DNA of 64,000 nt from Elusimicrobiota bacterium (lineage in GTDB: Bacteria > Elusimicrobiota > Elusimicrobia > UBA1565), in contig JBDREN010000218.1 in NCBI GenBank assembly GCA_043819795.1, forward strand, positions 1-64,000. The letters run 5' to 3'. This document shows, piece after piece, positions 52,842 through 62,525 of the stretch. The notes beneath the pieces were generated by a model, which saw nothing but the letters and a program-made list of their open reading frames with translations, ran no database searches and was not told the DNA's origin. Position 1 is the first letter of the stretch. Every line of letters starts with the position of its first letter. The position numbers and the translations under genes are program-made.

Positions 52842-53800
52842 GCCGTCTGCGCCTCGGAACGCGGGGCTCCGCGCTGGCCCGCGCCCAGTCGCGGTGGGTC
52901 GCCGACCGCTTGCGCGAGGCGCATCCCGGCCTGGACGTCGAGCTGGTCGTCATCTCCACCAGCGGCGACCGGTTCAGCGAGGCCATGAACGCGCCGGTCC
53001 CCCCGGGGCGGGGGCCGCGCGCCGCCGAGGCCGAGCCGCCCGCTCCCGACGGATCGCCGAACGTCAAGGCCATGTTCGTCAAGGAGATCGAGTCCGCGCT
53101 GCTCGACGGCGGTGTCGATCTCGGAGTCCATTCCGCCAAGGACCTTCCGGCGGAGCTCCCGGAGGGCCTCGTGGTGAGCGCCTATCCGTGGCGCGAAGAC
53201 CCGCGCGACGTGTTCATCGGCGGCCCGGCCTGCCGCACTTGGCGCCGGCTTCCCGCGGGCAGCGTGATCGGGACCGCCTCCCTGCGCCGCAGGATCCAGC
53301 TGGGCCAAAGCAGGCCCGACGTCACGTTCGAGACGGTCCGCGGGAACGTGGATACCCGCCTGCGGAAGCTGGAGGCGGGCGGCGTCTCCGGGCTCGTGCT
53401 CGCCTTGGCCGGACTCAGGCGCCTCGGGCGGGAGGCCGTGCCTCACGAGGTGCTTTCGCCCGACCTCCTGGTCCCGGCTCCGGGGCAGGGGGCGCTCGCG
53501 ATCGAGGCGCGCTCCGACCGCGAGGACGTGCGGGAGGCGCTGAGGCCCTTGGCCGACGAGCGGACGCGCTTGGAGGTGGAGCTCGAGCGCGCCTTCCTTC
53601 GCGAGGCGGGAGGCGGCTGCTCGACCCCGCTCGGGGCGCTGGCGCGCGTCGAGGACGGCGAGGTCCTCGTTCGCGTATTCTGGTCCGATCCGGACGGCCG
53701 CAACCCGGCGCGCTTCTCCCTCCGGGGGGGCACGCGGCCCGAGGAGCTCGCCGCGCTGGTGGACGGCCTTCGCGGCCGCCTGGAAGAAGAGCGCTCTTGA
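52838..53800 (+). CDS. hemC: Hydroxymethylbilane synthase (porphobilinogen deaminase)
   Basis: RLGTRGSALARAQ, FVKEIE, VHSAKDLP, GTASLRR, RGNVDTRLRKL, GGCSTPLG; ATGA overlap with hemA. Confidence 0.96.
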   Translation: MSRLRLGTRGSALARAQSRWVADRLREAHPGLDVELVVISTSGDRFSEAMNAPVPPGRGPRAAEAEPPAPDGSPNVKAMFVKEIESALLDGGVDLGVHSAKDLPAELPEGLVVSAYPWREDPRDVFIGGPACRTWRRLPAGSVIGTASLRRRIQLGQSRPDVTFETVRGNVDTRLRKLEAGGVSGLVLALAGLRRLGREAVPHEVLSPDLLVPAPGQGALAIEARSDREDVREALRPLADERTRLEVELERAFLREAGGGCSTPLGALARVEDGEVLVRVFWSDPDGRNPARFSLRGGTRPEELAALVDGLRGRLEEERS

Positions 53801-56800
53801 GGCGGCTCGTTAAGCCCATCGTCGTGAGCGGCGTCCCGAACTCGGGCGCTTGGGCGCATCTCGCCCTCACCCTCTTGTATCCCGCCGGTCCCTCCGGGCC
53901 TTTGCGCGAGCGGCTGGGCGCCGGGCTCGCCGCTCCCCTGATCCTCGTCCGAGAGAGCGAGGAGGACCTCGAGGACGCGGCCGACGCTATCGAAGCTCTG
54001 AGCGCCGCGTTCCCGCCCCCGCAGGGAGCACGCCACGCCTTCTTCGGCGAGGACCCTCGCGGCCGCCTCGCGGCCCTGGAGCGCCTGCACCGGGGCGCCG
54101 GTCTGGTGCTGGCGACGGCCGCGGCGCTCGAGGTCCGCGTCCCCACGCGCGAGGAATACGCCGGGCGGCGGACGACGGTCCGTCCGGGAGGGGGGCCGCC
54201 CCGCGGGGAGCTCCTCAAGCGCCTCGGGGCGCTCGGCTATCAGAGGGTCGATTTCGTCGAGAGTCCCGGCGAGTACGCCGCGCGGGGAGCCGTCGTCGAT
54301 TTCTTTCCTGTCGAGCCGCCGGACGCGGTCCGCGTCGTCTACGATGTCGACACCGTGGAGTCGTTGCGAGGCTTCGATCCCCAGACACAGGCGACCCGTC
54401 CCGGATTCATGGAGGAGGCCGTGGTCGTCCCGGCCTGCGAGAGAGAGTTCCCCCGGACGCTCGGGGAGGCCCTCGCCGAAGGGGGGACGTGGGTCGCCGA
54501 AGCCGGCCTCGCGATCCCGGGGACGCGGGGGAGGGTCCTTCTCGTCGGCCCGGCTCCGGGAGCGCGGGAGGAGGCGGTCGACTTCGGCGCGGTCTCGATC
54601 CCGCCGCTGGGCTTGGGATCCAGCGTCCCCGCCGGCGAGGCTCAGTCGTCCCAGCCCCTGGGCGACCGCGTCGGGGCGGCGGCGAGCCGCTGTCGAGAGT
54701 GGCGCCGCGAGGGGCTGAGGGTCATGCTCTTCTCGATGAACCGGGGAGAGGACGAGCGCGTCCAGGAGATGTTCGAGGGCTCTGTGCCCGCGGGGAGCGT
54801 CCAGTTCCTGATCGGGCCGCTGCGCCAGGGCTTCGTGAACCGTCCGAGGGGCCTCGCCGTTTTGACCTCGGCCGAGATCTTCGGGCGGTCTTACCGCAAA
54901 AGCCGGCTGCTGAAGCCGGTCGTCGCGGGGCGCGTCCGCGTGCGATGGCGCGAGCTCAAGAAGGGGGATTTCGTCGTCCATGAGCTCCACGGCATCGCCC
55001 GCTACCTAGGCTTGGAGGCCGTCGCCACGCCGGAGGGTCCCGGCGCCGGGGGCGTTCGCTCCTCGGAGGACGATCCCTCCGCCGGTCCGGCCGCGTCTCC
55101 TGCCGTGATGATGGACTGCCTGAGGCTCGAGTTCCGCGGCGGGGACACGCTCTTCATCCCGATGACCGACTTCAGGAGCGTCCAGAAATACATCGGCTCC
55201 GAGGGCCACCGGCCCCGCCTCTCGTCGCTCGACACCAAGACCTGGAGCGAGGTCAAGGAGCGCGTCCGGGAGGCCGTACGGGAGCTGGCCGAGCGGCTCC
55301 TGAAGGTGCACGCGGCCCGCAGGGCCCTGCCGGGGCACGCGTTCCCGCCCGGCTCGCATATGGAGCACGAGTTCGCGGAATCGTTCCCTTTCGAGGAGAC
55401 CCCCGACCAGCTCAAGGCGATCTCCGAGGTGGCGGCCGACATGACGGCCCCGCACCCGATGGACCGCATCGTCGTGGGGGACGTCGGCTTCGGCAAGACC
55501 GAGGTGGCGATGCGCGCGGCGCTCAAGTGCGTCGCCGGGCTGAAGCAGGCCGCGGTCCTCGTCCCGACCACGATCCTCGCGGACCAGCACACCCGCACCT
55601 TCCGGAAGCGCTTCGCGGAATATCCCCTCCGCATCGAGATGCTCTCCCGCTTCCAGACCAAGGCCGAGCAGCGGGGGATCCTCCAGGACCTGGCGGCCGG
55701 CAAGATCGACGTCGTCATCGGCACCCACCGCCTCTTCCAGCCCGACGTGCGGTTCCGGGACCTGGGGCTTCTCGTCGTCGACGAGGAGCACCGGTTCGGC
55801 GTCAAGCACAAGGAGGCGCTGAAGTCCCTCAAGACGCACGTCGACTGCCTCACGCTTTCGGCCACGCCGATCCCGAGGACCCTCAATCAGGGGTTCTCCG
55901 GCCTGCGCGCAATCTCGCTGATCCAGAGCGCCCCCTCCGGACGCCAGCCGATCGTCACGGAGGTCCTGGCCTTCGACGAGGCGCACGTGAAGGCGGCGGT
56001 AGAGGCCGAGCTCGCCCGCGGCGGGCAGGTCTTCTACGTGCACAACCGCGTCCGGTCCCTGCCGCAGGCCGAAGCGCGCCTGAAGAGCCTGCTTCCGGGC
56101 GCGCGCATCGCCGTCGCCCACGGCCAGATGCGCTCCGACCGTTTGGAGAGGACGATGTGGGACTTCTTCAACCGCAAGTCCGATATCCTCGTGGCCTCCA
56201 CCATCATCGAGTCCGGGCTGGACATCCCGTCGGTCAATACCTTGCTCATCGAGAACGCCCAGGATTTCGGGCTCTCGCAGCTCTACCAGCTGCGGGGCCG
56301 GATCGGGCGCGAGCGCCAGCGCGCCTATTGCGCCCTCTACTACCCCGCCGACGTCAAGGAGTTCCGGGCGCTCAGCGAGGACGCTCGCAAGCGGCTCGAG
56401 GCCCTGCGCGAGTTCGGGGAGCTTGGCGCGGGCCTGGCGCTGGCCATGCGGGACCTCGAGATCCGCGGAGCCGGGGACCTGCTGGGAGCCAGGCAGCACG
56501 GATTTTTGAACGCGGTCGGCGTGGAGTTCTATTCGGAGCTTCTCGACGCGGAGGCCCAGAAGCTCCTCGGGCGCAAGCCGAAAGCCGTCGAGCCCAGGGC
56601 CGCCCATCTCGACGTGGCTGTCCCCGCCTACATCCCGGGCGATTTCCTCCCCGGGGACCTGGAGCGCATCCAGTTCTACAAGCGGGTCCTCGCGGCCGAC
56701 GAGGCGCGGATCGAGGACCTCCGGCGGGAGCTGATCGACCTGTCGGGGCCCCTGCCTCCGCCCGTGGAGAATCTTTTCCGCATCCTGCGCATCCGGACCA

Positions 56801-57099
56801 CGGCCACCACGGTCGGCATCCGCTCGGTCGTGCAGCGGGGCTCCCGCGTCGAGATCTATTTCCGCCCGGACATGGAGGTGCCGATGCCGGCGATCACGCG
56901 CTGGATGAGCGTTTATCAGGATAGGATCGAGTTCGTGCGATCGCCGGAGGGCGACGGCCTGCGCGTGAGCCTCGGCTCGGAAGCCTCCGGCATCCGGGCC
57001 CCGCGGGCGGGGGCCCGCGGGACGGGTGTCCGCGGGGGAGGAGATCCCGTGCGATGGATCGCCGACTTCCTGGAGGGCCTCAAGCGCGCCCGGCCGTGA
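53797..57099 (+). CDS. mfd: Transcription-repair coupling factor
   Basis: GEYAARGAVVDFFP, GDFVVHELHGIARY, FEETPDQ, GDVGFGKTEVA, DEEHRFG, QLRGRIGR, DLEIRGAG. Start inferred at TTG 53797, overlapping the hemC stop. Confidence 0.95.
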   Translation: MRRLVKPIVVSGVPNSGAWAHLALTLLYPAGPSGPLRERLGAGLAAPLILVRESEEDLEDAADAIEALSAAFPPPQGARHAFFGEDPRGRLAALERLHRGAGLVLATAAALEVRVPTREEYAGRRTTVRPGGGPPRGELLKRLGALGYQRVDFVESPGEYAARGAVVDFFPVEPPDAVRVVYDVDTVESLRGFDPQTQATRPGFMEEAVVVPACEREFPRTLGEALAEGGTWVAEAGLAIPGTRGRVLLVGPAPGAREEAVDFGAVSIPPLGLGSSVPAGEAQSSQPLGDRVGAAASRCREWRREGLRVMLFSMNRGEDERVQEMFEGSVPAGSVQFLIGPLRQGFVNRPRGLAVLTSAEIFGRSYRKSRLLKPVVAGRVRVRWRELKKGDFVVHELHGIARYLGLEAVATPEGPGAGGVRSSEDDPSAGPAASPAVMMDCLRLEFRGGDTLFIPMTDFRSVQKYIGSEGHRPRLSSLDTKTWSEVKERVREAVRELAERLLKVHAARRALPGHAFPPGSHMEHEFAESFPFEETPDQLKAISEVAADMTAPHPMDRIVVGDVGFGKTEVAMRAALKCVAGLKQAAVLVPTTILADQHTRTFRKRFAEYPLRIEMLSRFQTKAEQRGILQDLAAGKIDVVIGTHRLFQPDVRFRDLGLLVVDEEHRFGVKHKEALKSLKTHVDCLTLSATPIPRTLNQGFSGLRAISLIQSAPSGRQPIVTEVLAFDEAHVKAAVEAELARGGQVFYVHNRVRSLPQAEARLKSLLPGARIAVAHGQMRSDRLERTMWDFFNRKSDILVASTIIESGLDIPSVNTLLIENAQDFGLSQLYQLRGRIGRERQRAYCALYYPADVKEFRALSEDARKRLEALREFGELGAGLALAMRDLEIRGAGDLLGARQHGFLNAVGVEFYSELLDAEAQKLLGRKPKAVEPRAAHLDVAVPAYIPGDFLPGDLERIQFYKRVLAADEARIEDLRRELIDLSGPLPPPVENLFRILRIRTTATTVGIRSVVQRGSRVEIYFRPDMEVPMPAITRWMSVYQDRIEFVRSPEGDGLRVSLGSEASGIRAPRAGARGTGVRGGGDPVRWIADFLEGLKRARP

Positions 57100-57135
57100 C
57101 CGCCGGATAAGGAAAAAATGTTAGAGTATAGGCGT

Positions 57136-57963
57136 ATGTATCGCATGGCATCCCTCCTGGCCCCCGTTGTCCTGCTCCTTGGGAGCTTATCCTGCCGCCG
57201 CTTCGAGACAGACGAGGTCGTCGCCCGCGTCGGCAAGTCGGCGATCACTCAGTCGGAGTTCCGCCGCAAGCTGGAGGAGGTGGCTCCCGGATATCAGGAC
57301 TACGTCCTGACGCCGCACGGCCGCCGGCAGTTCCTCGACGTGCTCATCCGGGAGAAGCTGATCATCGAGGCGGCCCGGGCCGACGGCGTGGACGGCTCCC
57401 CCGAATTCAAGGACCGCATGATCCAGCTGCGCAAGGAGGAGGAGGAGAAGATCCGCGAGGCGCGGGACTATCTGCTGGCGCGCCTGTGGCTCGACCGCCT
57501 GCGGGAGAAAGGGGTGATCGGCGTTACCGACGATGAGGTGCGCGACTTCCACCGCAGGCATGACGGGGAGGTCGTCGCGCGCCATATCCTTCTGGCGACG
57601 GCCGCGGAGGCGGAGGCCGTGCTCAAGCGGATCCGCCTCGGCGCTTCGTTCGCGCAGGAGGCGAAGATGCGGTCGCTCGACGCCGATACGGCGGGGCAGG
57701 GCGGGCGGATGAGCCCGGCGCTCTACGGGGAGATCCTCCCGGATCTGGGCGTCCTTTTTAAGATGGGGGTCGGGGAGCTCGGCGGGCCGGTCCGCAGCAC
57801 CTTCGGGTACCATGTCCTGCTCAAGGAGGGCGCGCGCAAAGTCCCGCTCCATTCCAGCAAAGACCGGATCCGCAGCATACTCGAAAAACAGAAGCTGGAC
57901 CGCCATCTGCAGTCCCTGCAGGCGTCCTATCGTGTGGAGGTTGTCGATGCTCAGCTTGAATAA
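57136..57963 (+). CDS. PrsA/parvulin-type peptidyl-prolyl isomerase, lipoprotein
   Basis: Lipobox SLS|C; ARHILL, SLDADT..GG, PVRSTFGYHVL. Confidence 0.85.
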   Translation: MYRMASLLAPVVLLLGSLSCRRFETDEVVARVGKSAITQSEFRRKLEEVAPGYQDYVLTPHGRRQFLDVLIREKLIIEAARADGVDGSPEFKDRMIQLRKEEEEKIREARDYLLARLWLDRLREKGVIGVTDDEVRDFHRRHDGEVVARHILLATAAEAEAVLKRIRLGASFAQEAKMRSLDADTAGQGGRMSPALYGEILPDLGVLFKMGVGELGGPVRSTFGYHVLLKEGARKVPLHSSKDRIRSILEKQKLDRHLQSLQASYRVEVVDAQLE

Positions 57964-59056
57964 GTCGTTGCTCGCCGCGGCGCTCTTCGCCGCCGGGACC
58001 CCCATCCTCGCCTCGGCCAAGGTGTTCGAGGATGTCGTCGCCAAGGTGAACGGCAAGCCGCTGCTCCTCTCCGAGTACCGGAAGAACCTCCGCTCGGTCC
58101 TGGACAACTACCAGCGGAACATGCCGGACCTCCTTCGCGACGAAGCGACGGTCGTGGAGATCCGTCAGAAGGTCCTGGAGCAGATGATCGACGACGAGGT
58201 GCTGGCCCAGGAGGCGGAAGCCTCGGCCGTGAAGATGCACGACCGCGAGCTGGAGAAGGGGGTCCAGGAGGTCCGGGAGCGCAGCTTCCGCATGGATGAG
58301 GCGACGGGGGAGCGCCGCTCGGACGACGAGATGGAGAAGGCCCTGAGGGCTGAGCTGGAAAAAGAGGGGCTGTCCGAGGACCAGTTCCGGGACCGCATCC
58401 GCCGGCAGCTCAAGATCCGGAAGGTCGTGGAGCAGAAGGTCGCCGCGAACCTCAAAGAGCCGGACGAGGAAGCCATCAAGGCGGCGTATGACAAGTTCAA
58501 GTTCATCGTGAAGGGGGATACCGACGTCGTCAAAGGGCTTCCCGAGGAGGAGGCCCAGGCGTATACCGCCTTCGGCTTCCGCCTCCGCGACAACCATTCG
58601 GAGCGCGTCCGGCTCTCGCACATACTGGTGAAGACGTCGGGCGTCGCCTCGATGGTGGCCAAGAACAAGTCCCTTCAGGAGGTTAAGCGGATCAAGAAAC
58701 GGCTCGACGAGGGCGCCGATTTCTACGAGGTGGCCAAAGAGGAGTCCAACGATCTCGAGAGCGCCCCCCGCGGCGGGGACCTGGGCTGGATCCTGCGCGG
58801 CTGGATGCCCAAGACCTTCGAGGATGCCGCGTTCTCGCTCCCGGTCGGCGAGGTCAGCGAGCCGGTGGAGAGCGACTTCGGCTTTCACCTGATCCGGGTG
58901 CAGGAGAAGAAGGCGAAGGAATCCTTCAACTACGACAAGCTGCGTCTCGGGGTCAAGGAGTTCCTCCACAACCTCAACTACCAGCGGGGTCTCCAGGCTC
59001 TCGTGAAGCGCCTGCGCGAGAAGGCGACGCTCGAGCGCATGCTCCCTGCTGAATAA
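57947..59056 (+). CDS. SurA-like chaperone/PPIase
   Basis: Signal peptide; EDVVAKVNG SurA-type N-domain; RLSHILVK, GGDLGW, PVESDFGFHLI. Confidence 0.85.
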   Translation: MLSLNKSLLAAALFAAGTPILASAKVFEDVVAKVNGKPLLLSEYRKNLRSVLDNYQRNMPDLLRDEATVVEIRQKVLEQMIDDEVLAQEAEASAVKMHDRELEKGVQEVRERSFRMDEATGERRSDDEMEKALRAELEKEGLSEDQFRDRIRRQLKIRKVVEQKVAANLKEPDEEAIKAAYDKFKFIVKGDTDVVKGLPEEEAQAYTAFGFRLRDNHSERVRLSHILVKTSGVASMVAKNKSLQEVKRIKKRLDEGADFYEVAKEESNDLESAPRGGDLGWILRGWMPKTFEDAAFSLPVGEVSEPVESDFGFHLIRVQEKKAKESFNYDKLRLGVKEFLHNLNYQRGLQALVKRLREKATLERMLPAE

Positions 59057-59123
59057 GTCCATTTTTCAGCCGGGCTCCGGCGTTGACTTATCCGGCTTGG
59101 GGGTCGGGCCTCTGTCACGATCA

Positions 59124-60035
59124 ATGACCCGCGCGTCGAGCTTCCTGTCCGCCCTCCTGCTGTCGGCCGCCGCTTCCCCGGGCGCGGCCGTCCCGCCTGC
59201 GGCGGGACTGCGCGGCTCGACGGCTCCCGTGGCCGCGACTGCCCCGCCTTCGGCGGAGACCATCAGTCCCATCGCCGCCGCGGCCACCCCGCCTTCGGCG
59301 GGACTGCGCGGCTCGACGATTCCCATAGCCGCGGCCAGGCCGGGTCCGAGCGTCTACGAGATCGTCGACAGGGCCAACAAGCTTTTGCGCGGCGACTCGA
59401 GCCACGGGCGCCTCACGATGACCGTGGTCACGCCGTCGTGGACCCGCGAGCTCGAGATCGAGGGATGGAACCAGGGCCGCCGCAAGGCCTTCATCCTCAT
59501 CCACGCCCCGCCCAAAGAGAAGGGGACTACGACGCTGCGCCGCGGCGGCGAGATGTGGATGTGGATGCCCCGAGTGGAGCGGCTCCTCAAGATACCGCCC
59601 ACGATGATGCACTCCTCGTGGCAGGGCTCGGATTTCACCTACGAGGACATCGTGAAGGCGGACTCGGTCGTCAAGGACTACACGCACCGCCTTCTTCGCA
59701 CGACGCCGGGCAAGCCCTATGAGACGCGCCTCATCGAGGCCTTGCCCAAGCCGGACGCCCCGGTCGTATGGGGGAAGGTGCTGCTCACGCTCGGCGTCTA
59801 TCCGGACGGATGGGTGATCCCGGTGAAAGAGGAGCATTACAGCGAGCGCGGGGAGCTCATCCGGACGATCGCGCTCGACCGAGTCAAGGTCATGGGCGGC
59901 AGGCGCGTGCCCACCCGGCTCACGTGCGTTTCCGAGCGCAGGCCGGGCCGCCGGACGGTGCTCGAGTACCACGCGCTTGATTTCGGCCTCGAGCTGCCGG
60001 ACTCCTTCTTCAGCCTGAGCCGCCTCCAAAGATGA
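59124..60035 (+). CDS. Outer-membrane lipoprotein-sorting (LolA-like) protein
   Basis: Signal peptide, repetitive linker, then APPKEKGTTTL, MWMWMP, SWQGSDFTYEDI, FFSLSRL, typical of the LolA-like family found beside ABC permeases. Confidence 0.8.
   Translation: MTRASSFLSALLLSAAASPGAAVPPAAGLRGSTAPVAATAPPSAETISPIAAAATPPSAGLRGSTIPIAAARPGPSVYEIVDRANKLLRGDSSHGRLTMTVVTPSWTRELEIEGWNQGRRKAFILIHAPPKEKGTTTLRRGGEMWMWMPRVERLLKIPPTMMHSSWQGSDFTYEDIVKADSVVKDYTHRLLRTTPGKPYETRLIEALPKPDAPVVWGKVLLTLGVYPDGWVIPVKEEHYSERGELIRTIALDRVKVMGGRRVPTRLTCVSERRPGRRTVLEYHALDFGLELPDSFFSLSRLQR
59190..59335 (+). repeat. Three tandem degenerate units with CCCGCC-T(G/T)C-GGCGG(G) palindromes inside the LolA-like CDS
   Basis: Palindromes at 59190-59208, 59244-59256 and 59288-59302; encode PPAAGLRGST / PPSAETISP / PPSAGLRGST. 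Confidence 0.75.
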
Positions 60036-61270
60036 GCTCGCGCGTCCGCGGGGTCCTGCTGACGCTGGCCTGGCGCAACGTGTGGCGCAACCGCCGGCGC
60101 ACGCTTATCACGGTGCTCTCGATCGGGTCGGGCCTGGCCGCGCTGCTCTTCGGCCAGAGCCTGATCAAGACCATCCAGTATCAGCTCATCCGGAAGGCGA
60201 CGGGGACGTTCACCTCGCACATCCAGGTCCTCGCCGAGGGGGTCGAGGACTTGAAGTTCCCGGACCGCTACATGGAGGACCCGGCCGGGATCGAGAGCGC
60301 CCTGCGCGGGGTCGCCGGGATAGAGGCCCTGGAGCGGCGGGTGCACGTGACCGGGCTGATCTCGTCCAAGAAGGAGTCGGCGGGCGTGCTGATCTGCGGC
60401 ATCGAGCCGGAGCGGGACCGCCGTGTGCTGAGCATGCATACCTACCTCACGCGGGGCCGCCACCTGGGCGCGGAGCCGGACGGCATCTATCTCGGAGACA
60501 AGCTCGCCGATCACCTGGGGGTCGACCTCGGCGACGAGGTCGTCGTGATGAGCTCGGCGGTGGACGGCAGCCTCGGCGCCGAGCTGTTCACGCTCACCGG
60601 GATCTTCCACTCGGGGAGCCACACCTTCGACAACTCGATCGTCTACGTCCCGCTCGAGACGGCGCAGGGCATGCTCGCTGTGGGCGACCGGATCAACAAC
60701 CTCGCGATCCGCGCCGGCGATCCGCTGCGGCTTTCCGAGACGCGCGAGGCCGTCGCCCGGGCGCTCGACGGCCGCCCCGTGCAGGTGCGGACCTGGGCGG
60801 ACATCGACTACGAGCTCGTGGCCATCCGGGACTACGAGGACGCCCTGCTCTCGATCGTCCTGCTCGTCGTGTTCGCGATCGTCGCGCTCGGGATCCTGAA
60901 CACCCTCCTGATGGCGATGTTCGAGCGCGTGCGCGAGTTCGGCGTGCTCATGGCGATGGGCGCGCGGCCGGGGGTCATCCGCCGCCTCGTGATCCTGGAG
61001 TCCTGCATCCTGGGGGCGCTCGGGGCCGCCTTCGGCCTCGCCGTCGGGTGCGGCCTGATCGCGTTCTACGGGCGGACGGGCCTCGAGCTCCCGGTCGGAG
61101 ACGCCATCGCCTACTTCATGCCCTTCGACGCGAAGCTCTTCCTGCGCTTCAACTGGGGCAGCCACGCAGTGGCGCTGGGCGCGGTGCTCCTCACGAGCGT
61201 GCTCTCGGCGATTCCTCCCGCGTTGCGCGCGTCGCGGACGAGCCCCGTGGAGGCGCTGCGGCACTTATGA
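60032..61270 (+). CDS. ABC transporter permease, LolC/E-FtsX family
   Basis: LAWRNVWRNRRRT, ILNTLLMAMFERVREFGVLMAMGA, PVEALR. Confidence 0.92.
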   Translation: MSSRVRGVLLTLAWRNVWRNRRRTLITVLSIGSGLAALLFGQSLIKTIQYQLIRKATGTFTSHIQVLAEGVEDLKFPDRYMEDPAGIESALRGVAGIEALERRVHVTGLISSKKESAGVLICGIEPERDRRVLSMHTYLTRGRHLGAEPDGIYLGDKLADHLGVDLGDEVVVMSSAVDGSLGAELFTLTGIFHSGSHTFDNSIVYVPLETAQGMLAVGDRINNLAIRAGDPLRLSETREAVARALDGRPVQVRTWADIDYELVAIRDYEDALLSIVLLVVFAIVALGILNTLLMAMFERVREFGVLMAMGARPGVIRRLVILESCILGALGAAFGLAVGCGLIAFYGRTGLELPVGDAIAYFMPFDAKLFLRFNWGSHAVALGAVLLTSVLSAIPPALRASRTSPVEALRHL

Positions 61271-61288
61271 GAGGAGGAGGATAAGAGC

Positions 61289-62506
61289 TTGCTCCTGCGT
61301 CTGGCCTGGCGGAACCTCTGGCGCAACCGCCGCCGCAGCCTGCTGACCGTCTCCTCCATCGCGGTCGGCTTGGCCGCGGTCATGTTCGGGCAGAGCCTGA
61401 TCCGGTCCTTCCAGCGCCAGATGATCGAGAAGTCGACCGGGGTGATGCTCGGGCACGTGCAGGTCCAGGCCGCCGGCGTGCAAAACCGCAGGATCCCCGA
61501 GAAGCTCCTCTCGAATCCGGAGCGTTTCCGCGAGATACTGGCGGCCGATCCCCGCGTGGCCGCGGTGGGCTCCCGGCTCCTCTATACCGGGCTCGTCTAC
61601 TCGGCCGTGGGCTCGCGCGGCGTCCTGGTCGTGGGGGTGGAGCCCGATGCCGAGCGGGACATATCGATCCTGCCCGGGTACCTGACGGACGGCCGGTATC
61701 TGGGCGAGTCGAAGCGGGACATCTTCCTGGGCGACAAGCTGGCGGGCGACCTCGACGTGCGCCTTGGCGAGCGGCTGGTCGTGATGGCCCAGAGCGGGGA
61801 CGGCGAGATGAACTCGGAGCTCTTCCGCGTGGCGGGCGTCTACCATACGGGCAGCACGGCCTACGACGGCCAGATCGTCTACGTGCCCATCGAGGCGGCG
61901 CGGGGGATACGCGGCCTCTCCGGCGAGGCGAGCCACGTGGTCGCCAGGCTCGATGACGTGCGCAAGGCCGGGCGTCTTAGCGCCGATCTGCGGGCGAAGC
62001 TGGATGATCCGTCCGTGGTGGCGCTGACCTACAGGGACGTCGGCTCCGAGGTGGTGGGCATCAAGAAGTTCCAGGACGGCCTGCTCGTCGTCATCCTGAT
62101 CGTCATCTTCGCCATCGTGGGCCTCGGGATCCTCAACTCGATCTCCATGTCGTTCTTCGAGCGCATCCGCGAGTTCGGCGTGCTGCGCGCGATCGGCGCC
62201 CGCCCGGCTCTCGTGCGCCGGGTCCTCCTGGCGGAGGCGGCCCTCATGGGGCTGATCGGGACGTGTCTCGGCTTCGCGGCCGGCCTGGGCCTGATCTGGG
62301 CCTTCGGGACCTGGGGGCTCGAGCTTCCCGTGGGCAAGGCGATGTCTTACTTCATCCCTTTCGAGGACGTCATCTACATGCGTCCGGTCTGGGGGATGCA
62401 CCTTTGGTCGGCGCTGGGGGTCTTCTGCGTCTGCCTGGCCGCGTCCGTGGGGCCGGCGGCGCGCGGCTCGCGCCTCGTCGTGACGGCGGCGCTGCGGCAT
62501 GTATGA
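61289..62506 (+). CDS. ABC transporter permease, LolC/E-FtsX family (paralog)
   Basis: LAWRNLWRNRRRS, ILNSISMSFFERIREFGVLRAIGA; strong RBS GAGGAGGAGG before the TTG start. Confidence 0.92.
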   Translation: MLLRLAWRNLWRNRRRSLLTVSSIAVGLAAVMFGQSLIRSFQRQMIEKSTGVMLGHVQVQAAGVQNRRIPEKLLSNPERFREILAADPRVAAVGSRLLYTGLVYSAVGSRGVLVVGVEPDAERDISILPGYLTDGRYLGESKRDIFLGDKLAGDLDVRLGERLVVMAQSGDGEMNSELFRVAGVYHTGSTAYDGQIVYVPIEAARGIRGLSGEASHVVARLDDVRKAGRLSADLRAKLDDPSVVALTYRDVGSEVVGIKKFQDGLLVVILIVIFAIVGLGILNSISMSFFERIREFGVLRAIGARPALVRRVLLAEAALMGLIGTCLGFAAGLGLIWAFGTWGLELPVGKAMSYFIPFEDVIYMRPVWGMHLWSALGVFCVCLAASVGPAARGSRLVVTAALRHV

Positions 62507-62525
62507 TAAACTGAGGTAACGGAAA

